DNA of 64,000 nucleotides from an uncultured Oscillospiraceae bacterium (GTDB lineage Bacteria; Bacillota; Clostridia; Oscillospirales; Oscillospiraceae): NCBI GenBank assembly GCA_910589155.1, contig CAJURY010000004.1, positions 29,157 to 93,156 of the forward strand, read 5' to 3'. Shown piece by piece: positions 8,910 to 18,354 of this stretch (position 1 is its first letter; each line of letters starts with the position of its first letter). The notes under the pieces were generated by a model. It saw only the letters and a program-made list of their open reading frames with translations, ran no database searches and was not told where the DNA came from. The position numbers and the translations under genes were made by a program.

Positions 8910-10034
8910 ATGGAAAATCTGCAATTTACCGTCCCCTGCCTTTTTGGGCTGGAGGGACTGGCGGGAGACGAGCTGCGCCGGATGCAAATGGAAAACGTTC
9001 AGGTGGAAAACGGCAAGGTCTATTTCACCGGAGACGAACGCGCCATGGCCAAAGCCAACGTCTGCCTGCGCACCGGCGAACGGGTGCTTTTGCGCTTGGC
9101 CACCTTTGAAGCAAGAAGCTTTGAAGCGCTGTTTCAGGGGGTTTTGCGCACGCCCTTGGAGCGTTTTATTCCCAAAGATGGGAAATTCCCCGTGAAGGGG
9201 CACAGCCTGAACAGCGGACTTCACTCCGTGCCGGACTGCCAGGCCATTGTGAAAAAAGCCGCTTCCCGGCGTTTAGGAGAGAAATATGGCGTAAGCTGGC
9301 TGCCGGAAACCGGCGCGCTGTTTCAGTTGCAATTTTCCATTATGAACGACAAGGTGGAGCTGTTTCTGGACACCTCCGGAGCCGGGCTGCACAAGCGGGG
9401 CTACCGGGCCGTGGGCAACGACGCGCCATTACGGGAAACTTTGGCCGCCGCCATGGTCATGCTCACCCGGTACCGGGGCAGAGAATTTTTCTGGGATCCC
9501 TTCTGCGGCTCCGGCACCATTCCCATTGAGGCGGCATGGCAGGCTATGAACCGCGTGCCGGGGCTTTCCCGTCGTTTTGCCGCCGAAAGCTTCCCCTGGA
9601 TGGAAGAAAAGCTGTGGGAAGATGTGAAAACGGAAGCGAAAGACAAGGAATTTCACGGGCAGTATCGGATTCTTGCCTCAGACAACGACCCCAAAAGCGT
9701 GAGCCTTACCATGGCCAACGCCAGAAAAGCCGGGGTTGGCAAAATCATCGTCTGCAAGGACGGGGACGCAACCAAGCTGGATTTACCCGCTCAGGAAGGC
9801 ATTTTGGTGTGCAATCCCCCCTACGGCGAGCGAATGCTGGAGCAGAAAAGCGCCCAGCAGCTTTACAACGCCCTGGGGCGGCACCTGCGCTACGCCGACG
9901 GATGGAAAAAGTATATTATTACCTCTGAACCGGAATTTGAGCACTATTTCGGCAAAAAAGCGGACAAAAAGCGCAAGCTTTACAACGGCATGATCAAATG
10001 CAACTACTTTATGTACGCTGGAGGCCGCAAATGA
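8910..10034 (+). CDS. THUMP-domain class I SAM-dependent RNA methyltransferase (RlmL/YpsC-like)
   Basis: N-terminal THUMP-like region, then DPFCGSGTIPIEA and NPPYGERM motifs. Start at MENLQF (8910) behind GGGAGGA. Confidence 0.85.
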   Translation: MENLQFTVPCLFGLEGLAGDELRRMQMENVQVENGKVYFTGDERAMAKANVCLRTGERVLLRLATFEARSFEALFQGVLRTPLERFIPKDGKFPVKGHSLNSGLHSVPDCQAIVKKAASRRLGEKYGVSWLPETGALFQLQFSIMNDKVELFLDTSGAGLHKRGYRAVGNDAPLRETLAAAMVMLTRYRGREFFWDPFCGSGTIPIEAAWQAMNRVPGLSRRFAAESFPWMEEKLWEDVKTEAKDKEFHGQYRILASDNDPKSVSLTMANARKAGVGKIIVCKDGDATKLDLPAQEGILVCNPPYGERMLEQKSAQQLYNALGRHLRYADGWKKYIITSEPEFEHYFGKKADKKRKLYNGMIKCNYFMYAGGRK

Positions 10035-10972
10035 AGCATCTGTTTCTGGTGAATCCCGCCGCCGGCAAGCGCGACGCTACCGCTATGTATCAAGAGGCCG
10101 TCGCCGCCGGCTGCAAGGATGTGGATTATGAAATTCGCGTCTCCCAAAAACCCGGCGACATCACCGCCTGGACGAAAGAAGCGGCGTCCACCGGAGCAGA
10201 ACTTCATATATACGCCTGCGGCGGAGACGGCACCTTAAATGAGGTGGTAAACGGCGCGGCAGGGTTTCAAAATGTGGCGGTCACCCACTTCCCCGGGGGT
10301 TCCGGCAACGATTTTATCAAGATTTTCAGCGACGCAAAGCCCTTTTTTGACCTTGTGCCCTTGATGAACAACCCGGAAGAAACGGAATTTGACCTGATTT
10401 GCTGCAACGGCATATACGGTCTCAACACCTGTTCCATTGGCCTGGACGCGAGAATCGCGGCGGGGGTCGCCAAATACAAACGCCTGCCCCTGGTTTCCGG
10501 CTCCGGGGCATACATCCTTTCTACCTTGCAAAACGTCTTTCAGAAGCTTTCTGAGGATTACGAAATCGAACTGGACGGCAAAATTTGCGGCGGCAAAAAG
10601 ACCATGGTATGCGTCGCCAACGGCCGTTGGTACGGCGGTGGCTTTCATCCCGTGCCGGATGCGGATCCGGCGGATGGAAAGCTGGAGGTTTTGTTGGTGG
10701 AGCCGGCAAATCTTTTGCAAATTGCAAAGGTCGTGGGGAAATACAAGGCGGGTCTTTATCAAAAGCTTCCCCACCTTATCACCCATCGCACCTGCAAAAA
10801 TCTGGTTCTGCGCAGCGCGCAGCCCGTTGCGGCGCAGTTGGACGGAGAACTGCTCACCAGGCGGGAAATGCGAATTGGTATCGCCCCATGGAAACTGCGG
10901 TTTTTCTATCCCAGAGGGCTTACCTGGCAGCAAAAAGAGAGGATTCCCGCAAAAACAGGAGGAATGGCGTGA
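10031..10972 (+). CDS. Diacylglycerol/lipid kinase family protein (YegS/BmrU-like)
   Basis: MKHLFLVNPAAGKRD... and CGGDGTLNEVVNG. The start overlaps the upstream stop. Confidence 0.85.
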   Translation: MKHLFLVNPAAGKRDATAMYQEAVAAGCKDVDYEIRVSQKPGDITAWTKEAASTGAELHIYACGGDGTLNEVVNGAAGFQNVAVTHFPGGSGNDFIKIFSDAKPFFDLVPLMNNPEETEFDLICCNGIYGLNTCSIGLDARIAAGVAKYKRLPLVSGSGAYILSTLQNVFQKLSEDYEIELDGKICGGKKTMVCVANGRWYGGGFHPVPDADPADGKLEVLLVEPANLLQIAKVVGKYKAGLYQKLPHLITHRTCKNLVLRSAQPVAAQLDGELLTRREMRIGIAPWKLRFFYPRGLTWQQKERIPAKTGGMA

Positions 10973-11052
10973 AAACGCCAGCAATTGCGGTAAACTGTGA
11001 AAACAGCTAAAGTTTATCCTTATTTTTCGGGTAAAATCTGGAATTTTCACTG

Positions 11053-11081
11053 TTGCAATTTTTTGTTAGATGCACTATTAT
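11053..11081 (+). promoter_or_regulatory. groESL sigma-A-type promoter
   Basis: TTGCAA (11053-11058), 17-nt spacer, TATTAT (11076-11081), directly upstream of CIRCE. Confidence 0.6.
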
Positions 11082-11088
11082 ATAAGCG

Positions 11089-11115
11089 TTAGCACTCAAC
11101 CAGAATGAGTGCTAA
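11089..11115 (+). promoter_or_regulatory. CIRCE operator (HrcA binding site)
   Basis: Perfect TTAGCACTC-N9-GAGTGCTAA, 65 nt upstream of groES. Confidence 0.92.
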
Positions 11116-11180
11116 AATCAGACAAATTTCGTAGACCAGCGCGGCTTGCCGCGATTCAAAAGAATATGGAGGAATAGCAT

Positions 11181-11453
11181 ATGAAACTGAAACCCATGGC
11201 AGACCGTGTGCTGCTGAAGCCCACCGAGGCGGAAGAAACCACCGCTTCCGGCATTATTTTGTCCACCGCTACCAAGGAAAAGCCCGTGATTTCCGAAGTG
11301 GTCGCCGTCGGCCCCGGAGATAAGGACACCGAAATGCTGGTAAAGCCCGGCGACCGCGTGGTTGTGGGCAAGTACACCGGCACCGAAATTAAGCTGGACG
11401 GCAAGGACTATACCATCGTAAAGCAGGCCGATATTCTGGCCATCGTGGAATAA
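11181..11453 (+). CDS. groES: Co-chaperonin GroES
   Basis: MKLKPMADRVLLKPTEAEETTASGIIL...; 90 aa, immediately upstream of groEL. Confidence 0.97.
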   Translation: MKLKPMADRVLLKPTEAEETTASGIILSTATKEKPVISEVVAVGPGDKDTEMLVKPGDRVVVGKYTGTEIKLDGKDYTIVKQADILAIVE

Positions 11454-13109
<1,656 letters not shown>

Positions 13110-13136
13110 GCTTGTTCCATTCCCTTTTCTAATACG

Positions 13137-13407
13137 GCGGCAGACCGGATTTTTCCTGTCTGCCGCTGCTGAGACTGTCGGAAAAACCCCTTCGGGCTTT
13201 TCCGACAAAAGGTTTGCAGTCTGCTGCGCGTATCATTTGTCCGCTTTTGGCGGACAAATTCCACACTTGCAGCCTGAAAAGTATTTTCCGCCACATACGT
13301 GCTGCGGCGGAAAATGATTTTAACTTGATTCGCGCCTGCGGGCGCGAACTCTGCGAGGCTTTTTTGACACGCTAAGGAGCGGCAGACCGGATTTTTCCGG
13401 TCTGCCG
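13137..13407. repeat. Array of six GC-rich stem-loops downstream of groEL
   Basis: Six hairpins: 13137-13166 (GCGGCAGAC/GTCTGCCGC), 13177-13206 (GTCGGAAAA/TTTTCCGAC), ~13237-13260 (TTTGTCCGC/GCGGACAAA), ~13285-13315 (TTTTCCGCC/GGCGGAAAA), ~13331-13350 (TTCGCGCC/GGCGCGAA) and 13380-13407 (CGGCAGACCGG/CCGGTCTGCCG). The first and last share the GGCAGACCGGATTTTTCC core. Confidence 0.7.
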
Positions 13408-13594
13408 TTGCTTTTACTATTTTTCATTTTGAAGAAAAATTTCTTCCGCCTGTTCCACCGCATTTTGCAGCTAAACTGCGTCCTTTGTAGAAGATGACAA
13501 TAGGTCGAGGGCATCATTACACGCAGCCATTAAAAGCATATATGCGCTGCGATAAGGATTCGTTGTAATTTCCAACACAAAAACCTCCATTTTT

Positions 13595-13636
13595 CCATAT
13601 AGACTATTACATTATATAATGCAATAGTCTATATGG
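13595..13636. promoter_or_regulatory. Palindromic operator overlapping a TATAAT box
   Basis: Perfect 14-bp arms CCATATAGACTATT / AATAGTCTATATGG separated by ACATTATATAATGC, ~55 nt upstream of the small XRE gene. Confidence 0.6.
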
Positions 13637-13692
13637 AAAACGGAAAAATAAGATATGATCCAACAAAAAAGTCACTGATGGTGAAATATCTT

Positions 13693-13902
13693 ATGATTAA
13701 ATTAAACGTACTGCCGCTTTTGGAGAAAAATGGAAAAACAAAATACTGGTTATATAAGCAGATGGGCATGAGTTACCAAAATTTCAATAAAATGATATGC
13801 AACGAAACCAAATCCATTCAGTATGAAAATATTGAAACGCTTTGCTTGCTTTTGCATTGTACGCCAAATGAACTTTTTATATTTGTAGAAGATGAAAAGT
13901 AG
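13693..13902 (+). CDS. Small XRE/Cro-like HTH regulator (69 aa)
   Basis: MIKLNVLPLLEKNGKTKYWLYKQMGMSYQNFNKMICNETKSIQYENIETLCLLLHCTPNELF. Start at ATG 13693 behind GGTGA. AT-rich. Confidence 0.7.
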   Translation: MIKLNVLPLLEKNGKTKYWLYKQMGMSYQNFNKMICNETKSIQYENIETLCLLLHCTPNELFIFVEDEK

Positions 13903-13993
13903 TATTTTTTATAGGTGCTAAAAAATAAAGCTTGTTTTCTGAATTCATTTTCTAAAACTTGACGTTTCTTTGTTTCCGTGCTATAATATGCAT

Positions 13994-14093
13994 AGAAAAA
14001 GGGCGCTGCCGATAGACGGTTTTGCTCCCACGATTCATTACTTCAAAAGAAGTAACCGCATTCTGTAGGAGGAAGGGCGGTTACTTCTTTTTT
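13994..14093 (+). ncRNA. Candidate antitoxin sRNA 1 (promoter-to-terminator unit, ~100 nt)
   Basis: TTGACG (13959-13964), 17-nt spacer, TATAAT (13982-13987). Terminator AAAAGAAGTAACCGC-N17-GCGGTTACTTCTTTTTT (14045-14093). No RBS-preceded ORF. The 3' end overlaps the last codons of the convergent peptide gene. Confidence 0.4.
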
Positions 14094-14173
14094 ACGATCT
14101 GATAAATCAGACTGGCAAAGGAAATGAGTACAAGAATGAGCTGAAAAAGCTCGTTGTATGTAACTGCATTCAC
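14081..14173 (-). CDS. Small hydrophobic peptide, type I toxin / holin-like-toxin candidate (30 aa)
   Basis: GGGGGTGG RBS, 5 nt, then GTG. Peptide (M)NAVTYNELFQLILVLISFASLIYQIVKKK. Own promoter TTGACA (14355-14360 rc), 17 nt, TAAGAT (14332-14337 rc), and a ~150-nt structured leader. Confidence 0.45.
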   Translation of the reverse strand: MNAVTYNELFQLILVLISFASLIYQIVKKK

Positions 14174-14426
14174 TTTTACCACCCCCTTCCATACGGACAG
14201 GGGGCAAGAAGCGTCACCCCCTGTAAAGGGAGCTTAACCGCCTGCCGCAGTATGCTGCGCGGCAAGGAAATACCGCCGCTTAGCGCACCGCAAACCTTAT
14301 GGCAACGCCCGGTTCCAAAGGAACCGGGTTTATCTTACCATTTCCGCTTTGTTTTGTCAAAGTCTTTCTCAAAACTCTCTCTTTCTCATCCTTGACGTTT
14401 CTTTGTTTCCGTGCTATAATATGCAT

Positions 14427-14519
14427 AGAAAAAGGGCGCTGCCGATAGACGGTTTTGCTCCCTAGTTGGTTCAAAGAAGTAACCGCTTAGTTTGGAGCCT
14501 GGGCGGTTATTTCTTTTTT
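14427..14519 (+). ncRNA. Candidate antitoxin sRNA 2
   Basis: TTGACG (14392-14397), 17 nt, TATAAT (14415-14420). Terminator 14473-14519. The promoter and first ~35 nt lie within a perfect 72-nt duplicate (14391-14462 = 13958-14029). Confidence 0.4.
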
Positions 14520-14593
14520 GCTATGCTGTAAATCTGGGTAGCAAAGGCAACAAGCATCGTAACAAAAGCGTAAAGCTCTGCATGAGATACCAT
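14507..14593 (-). CDS. Small hydrophobic peptide, type I toxin candidate, paralog (28 aa)
   Basis: AGGAGGGGGTGG RBS, 5 nt, then ATG. Peptide MVSHAELYAFVTMLVAFATQIYSIAKKK. Promoter TTGACA (14781-14786 rc), 16 nt, TAAAAT (14759-14764 rc). The leader shares the 5' hairpin ACCCGGTTCC-NNN-GGAACCGG and the GGCGGTTA-GCTCCCTT block with copy 1. Confidence 0.45.
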   Translation of the reverse strand: MVSHAELYAFVTMLVAFATQIYSIAKKK

Positions 14594-14930
14594 TTATACC
14601 ACCCCCTCCTATGTAGTCGGGGACAAGAAGCTGCCCCCGCGAAGGGAGCGTAACCGCCTACCGTGGTGCGCCGCGCAGCGAATCAGATTCCTCTGATTGC
14701 CGGTGGCAATCACACCTTAAACTATATGGCAACGTCCGGTTCCATTGGAACCGGGTTTATTTTATCATTTTTCCCTACGCTGTCAAAAGCTTTTCAAAAT
14801 CGTTATAAAACTTTCTTTCCTCCGTTTTCCTGTTTTAGACAGTTTCCTAATTTTGCTCCTTTCTTACCGGAAAGAAATCTTGTAAAATGGAGATACTTTC
14901 TTTAAAATATACGTGAAGGAGCGTGAACAA

Positions 14931-15956
14931 ATGATTGACGCGACAAAGCTGGTGATAGAAGGCGCCATCGATCGGGCGCTGCGGCAAATTGCTATGGATT
15001 CCCGCCGGGGACTTCGGAATCTTGTGGATTTGGGTCTGCTTTTCAACAAAAGCGGCTGGCGGCAGTTTTTTCTGCGCAGCGCACAGAATATGCTGTCTGA
15101 CGATAACAGCGCCTACTATGAGCTGGCTCGTCGGCTGCAAAGCACCGTGGATAACAGCCGTTTGAAGACCTTCGGCATTGCTCTTGGTTATGAAAGCTGT
15201 ACCAAAGGCGCAAAGCGCATCCGTGAAATTGAGCAAAGCCATGGCTTTGACATTCCCTGGGCTTTGACGATACTTGCAGGCAGCGAGGGCGTATCGCAGG
15301 ACGCCGCCAACCGGCTCATTGCCCAAGGAAAAAATCTGGGCGTCCATGCTTTTGCCCTCATCGATCAAGGACTGGACATGGAAGCGCTTCGCCGCACCTT
15401 AGAGGAGCACCAGGATTGCGCCTTTTTGCTGATGCTGCAAGGCGGCAAGAAGCAGGTGCAAAAGCTGGAAGTTCTGGAGGAATATCAAAATTTTATCGTT
15501 TCCATCGATGCAGGGCAAGAGGACGCCATGGAGAAAACAGAATGGCTGCAAAGCAGGCGCTTTCTTTACAGCGTGCATACCTTTTACAATGACAATACGG
15601 CAAGCCAGGTCATTGATCCGGAATCGCTGGATCGTTACCTCCAATACGCACCGGCCGCCGTCTTTTTGCTGGCAGAAGCCGGTACAAAGGTGGAAACCCT
15701 GCACCGGACAGCGGAAAACGTCGTTGCTATTCGCAAAACGCCGAACTACGCCTATCTGCTTTTTGAGGCGTTGTACGACGTGATGTATCTGGACAACATT
15801 ATTTCTCAGGACGATTGCGCTATGGCCATCACAAAAGACGGCAAAGCCGTCTGCCTGCGCAGCGGCGGCTCCTGGAGCAGCGGATGCTCCATATACGAAA
15901 ACAGTCTGGAGCAGATTCTGCGGCGCACCGCCTCAAAAGGAGGTTGTCATGGCTGA
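14931..15956 (+). CDS. Hypothetical protein (341 aa), first gene of a putative operon with the DhaS-like regulator and glpK
   Basis: Uninterrupted ORF with a GAAGGAG RBS before ATG 14931. Its stop overlaps the TetR start (ATGGCTGA). No motif recognised. Confidence 0.7.
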   Translation: MIDATKLVIEGAIDRALRQIAMDSRRGLRNLVDLGLLFNKSGWRQFFLRSAQNMLSDDNSAYYELARRLQSTVDNSRLKTFGIALGYESCTKGAKRIREIEQSHGFDIPWALTILAGSEGVSQDAANRLIAQGKNLGVHAFALIDQGLDMEALRRTLEEHQDCAFLLMLQGGKKQVQKLEVLEEYQNFIVSIDAGQEDAMEKTEWLQSRRFLYSVHTFYNDNTASQVIDPESLDRYLQYAPAAVFLLAEAGTKVETLHRTAENVVAIRKTPNYAYLLFEALYDVMYLDNIISQDDCAMAITKDGKAVCLRSGGSWSSGCSIYENSLEQILRRTASKGGCHG

Positions 15957-16494
15957 ATCCAGTTTGACCAAGCGGGCGTTGGCCGGGGCGATGAAAACCC
16001 TCATGGCAAGCCGCCCTTTTCAAAAAATTAACGTAGGCGATGTTTGCGAGCTTTGCCAGATGAACCGGAAAAGCTTTTACTACCATTTTCGGGACAAATA
16101 CGATTTGGTAAACTGGATTTTTCAAACGGAATTCATCGCCGTGATGCAGGAAAAAAAGCCGGACAGCTACTGGGAAATGGTGGAGCAGCTTTGCGCCTAT
16201 TTTTATGAAAACCGGGCGTTTTACCGGAATGCCCTGTCCGTAGAAGGACAAAATTCCTTCCGGGAGTATTTTCAGGAGGTTCTCGCCCCGGTTTTGCAGG
16301 GGCTTATGGACAGCGAATTTGCCCCTAATACCCCGGAATCCGATTTTCTCGTGACCTTTTACAGCGACGCTTTCACGGCAGCGTTGATTCGCTGGCTTTC
16401 CAGCCGGAACTGTCAAAAGCCCGGCGACTTTACCGCTATGCTGCGGCTTTGCGTGGAAGCCACTGCCCAAAAGCTTGGGGGAAAGGAGACATAG
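15949..16494 (+). CDS. TetR-family regulator, DhaS-like
   Basis: [35 protein letters not shown] resembles the DhaS (dihydroxyacetone kinase activator) N-terminus. Confidence 0.8.
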   Translation: MAESSLTKRALAGAMKTLMASRPFQKINVGDVCELCQMNRKSFYYHFRDKYDLVNWIFQTEFIAVMQEKKPDSYWEMVEQLCAYFYENRAFYRNALSVEGQNSFREYFQEVLAPVLQGLMDSEFAPNTPESDFLVTFYSDAFTAALIRWLSSRNCQKPGDFTAMLRLCVEATAQKLGGKET

Positions 16495-16496
16495 CT

Positions 16497-17990
16497 TTGA
16501 CAAAGTACATCATGGCATTGGACGCTGGCACCACCAGCAACCGCTGCATTTTGTTTGACCAGGCTGGGCGGATCTGCTCTTCGGCACAGAAGGAATTTAC
16601 CCAATATTTCCCAAAGCCCGGTTGGGTAGAGCACGACCCGGAGGAAATCTGGTGCACGCAGCTTGAGGTCGCCCGGCAGGCCATGGCGAACATCGGCGCA
16701 ACCGCCAGAGACATTGCAGCCGTCGGCGTGGCAAACCAGCGGGAAACCGCCGTGGTCTGGGACAAAAAGACGGGTAAACCCATCCACCGGGCGATTGTAT
16801 GGCAGTGCCGCCGGACGGCCGGGTACTGCGACGAATTGAAAGCCCAAGGGTATACGGAAATTTTCCGCCAGAAAACCGGGCTTGTCCTCGACGCTTATTT
16901 TTCCGCCACCAAGCTGCGCTGGCTTTTGGAGGAGGTTCCGGGCGCAAGAGCGCGGGCGGAAAAGGGCGAGCTGCTTTTCGGCACCATCGATACCTGGCTC
17001 ATCTGGAAGCTCACCGGGGGCAAGACCTATGTGACGGACTACTCCAACGCCTCCAGAACCATGCTTTTTAACATCCACACCTTGCAGTGGGACAAGGAAA
17101 TTCTAAAGCAGCTTGCAATCCCCGCCTGTATGCTGCCCACTGTACAGCCGTCCAGTTGTATCTACGGCGTATCCGATCCGTCGCTTCTTGGCGCGCCCAT
17201 TCCCATCGGCGGCGCGGCGGGAGATCAGCAGGCGGCGCTGTTTGGGCAAGTCTGCTTCTCCCCCGGCGAGGCGAAAAACACTTACGGCACCGGCTGCTTT
17301 TTGTTGATGAACACAGGCGGCGTGCCCGTTTTCTCTAAAAACGGACTGGTTACCACCATCGCCTGGGGCTTGGATGGCAAAGTCACCTACGCCCTGGAAG
17401 GCTCTGTTTTTGTGGCGGGGGCGGCAATTCAATGGCTGCGGGATGAAATGCAGCTCATTAAATCGGCGCAGGATTCTGAATTTCAGGCGCAGAAGGTGCC
17501 GGATACCAACGGCTGCTATGTGGTGCCCGCCTTTACAGGACTTGGGGCGCCTTATTGGGACGCTTACGCCAGAGGGGCGATTTTGGGGCTTACCAGAGGG
17601 GTCAACCGGTATCATATCATCCGCGCCACCCTGGATTCCATCGCCTATGAGGTATGCGACATTGTAAGCGCCATGGAAGCCGACGGCGGCATCCGTCTGA
17701 CCGCCTTGAAAGCCGACGGCGGGGCGGCGGCGAACAATTACCTGATGCAAACCCAAGCCGATCTCATTGGCGCGCCGGTGGCACGGCCTCGGTGCGTGGA
17801 AACCACCGCCATGGGCGCGGCCTATTTCGCTGGGCTGGCCGTAGGGTTCTGGGAAAGCATGGACACGCTTCTTGCAAACGGAGGCGTGGACCGGGTATTT
17901 CAGCCGTCCATGCCGGAGGTTGAACGGCAAAAGCGGCTGAAGGGCTGGAGGCAGGCGGTGGGACAGGTGCGCATGGAAACGGCGCTTTAA
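16497..17990 (+). CDS. glpK: Glycerol kinase
   Basis: (M)[20 protein letters not shown]...[11 protein letters not shown]...; TTG start 9 nt after AAGGAG. Confidence 0.95.
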   Translation: MTKYIMALDAGTTSNRCILFDQAGRICSSAQKEFTQYFPKPGWVEHDPEEIWCTQLEVARQAMANIGATARDIAAVGVANQRETAVVWDKKTGKPIHRAIVWQCRRTAGYCDELKAQGYTEIFRQKTGLVLDAYFSATKLRWLLEEVPGARARAEKGELLFGTIDTWLIWKLTGGKTYVTDYSNASRTMLFNIHTLQWDKEILKQLAIPACMLPTVQPSSCIYGVSDPSLLGAPIPIGGAAGDQQAALFGQVCFSPGEAKNTYGTGCFLLMNTGGVPVFSKNGLVTTIAWGLDGKVTYALEGSVFVAGAAIQWLRDEMQLIKSAQDSEFQAQKVPDTNGCYVVPAFTGLGAPYWDAYARGAILGLTRGVNRYHIIRATLDSIAYEVCDIVSAMEADGGIRLTALKADGGAAANNYLMQTQADLIGAPVARPRCVETTAMGAAYFAGLAVGFWESMDTLLANGGVDRVFQPSMPEVERQKRLKGWRQAVGQVRMETAL

Positions 17991-18028
17991 GACGTATGTT
18001 CCATACTGCGCCGTATGATTCAGACGCC

Positions 18029-18058
18029 GTAGGGTCGGACCAATGTGTGCGCCCCTAC
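18029..18058. repeat. Solo REP-like palindrome downstream of glpK
   Basis: GTAGGGTCGGACCAATGTGTGCGCCCCTAC. Confidence 0.7.
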
Positions 18059-18176
18059 GGCTAGATACGTATTGCACCAAGAGACAAGCATTGCACCAAA
18101 AAATGAAAAAACAATGCCGGCGGAAGCATTTTTCCTCCGGCAATTCTTTATTATAAAGGTATTGCGCAAAAAATCC

Positions 18177-18205
18177 TTGTTTTTTTCCTAGCTCTATGGT
18201 AGAAT
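18177..18205 (+). promoter_or_regulatory. Candidate dnaA promoter (extended -10)
   Basis: TTGTTT, 17-nt spacer ending TGG, then TAGAAT. Confidence 0.4.
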
Positions 18206-18354
18206 GTAGGGTGAGGATTTATCAAAATTTACACAAAAGAGATAGAAATTCGGCCGCTGCCGCGGACATAGGCTTCGCAGGCGTTTGGGCTTTGCGTCAT
18301 AGCCGCTCCCCCCGGCTATGACCGCATTTGGCCGGCTCTGGAAAGGAGATCATC

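Noticed and set aside
13320-13517. 65-aa minus-strand ORF downstream of groEL
   Set aside because: It spans the hairpin array, has a basic low-complexity sequence, and has no RBS.
13988-14068. 26-codon ORF (MHRKRALPIDGF...) inside candidate sRNA 1
   Set aside because: Its ATG directly abuts the -10 hexamer, so it would lie upstream of the likely transcription start. It has no RBS.
14280-14474. 64-aa minus-strand ORF, and the 80-aa plus-strand ORF at 14663-14905
   Set aside because: They read across the promoters and leaders of the toxin-like modules. The frames are not conserved between the two module copies, unlike the 28-30-aa peptide ORFs.
18000-18354. Second DnaA-box cluster upstream of dnaA
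   Set aside because: Only weak 2-mismatch candidates (TTATCAAAA, TTTACACAA) were seen, which is not enough to call.
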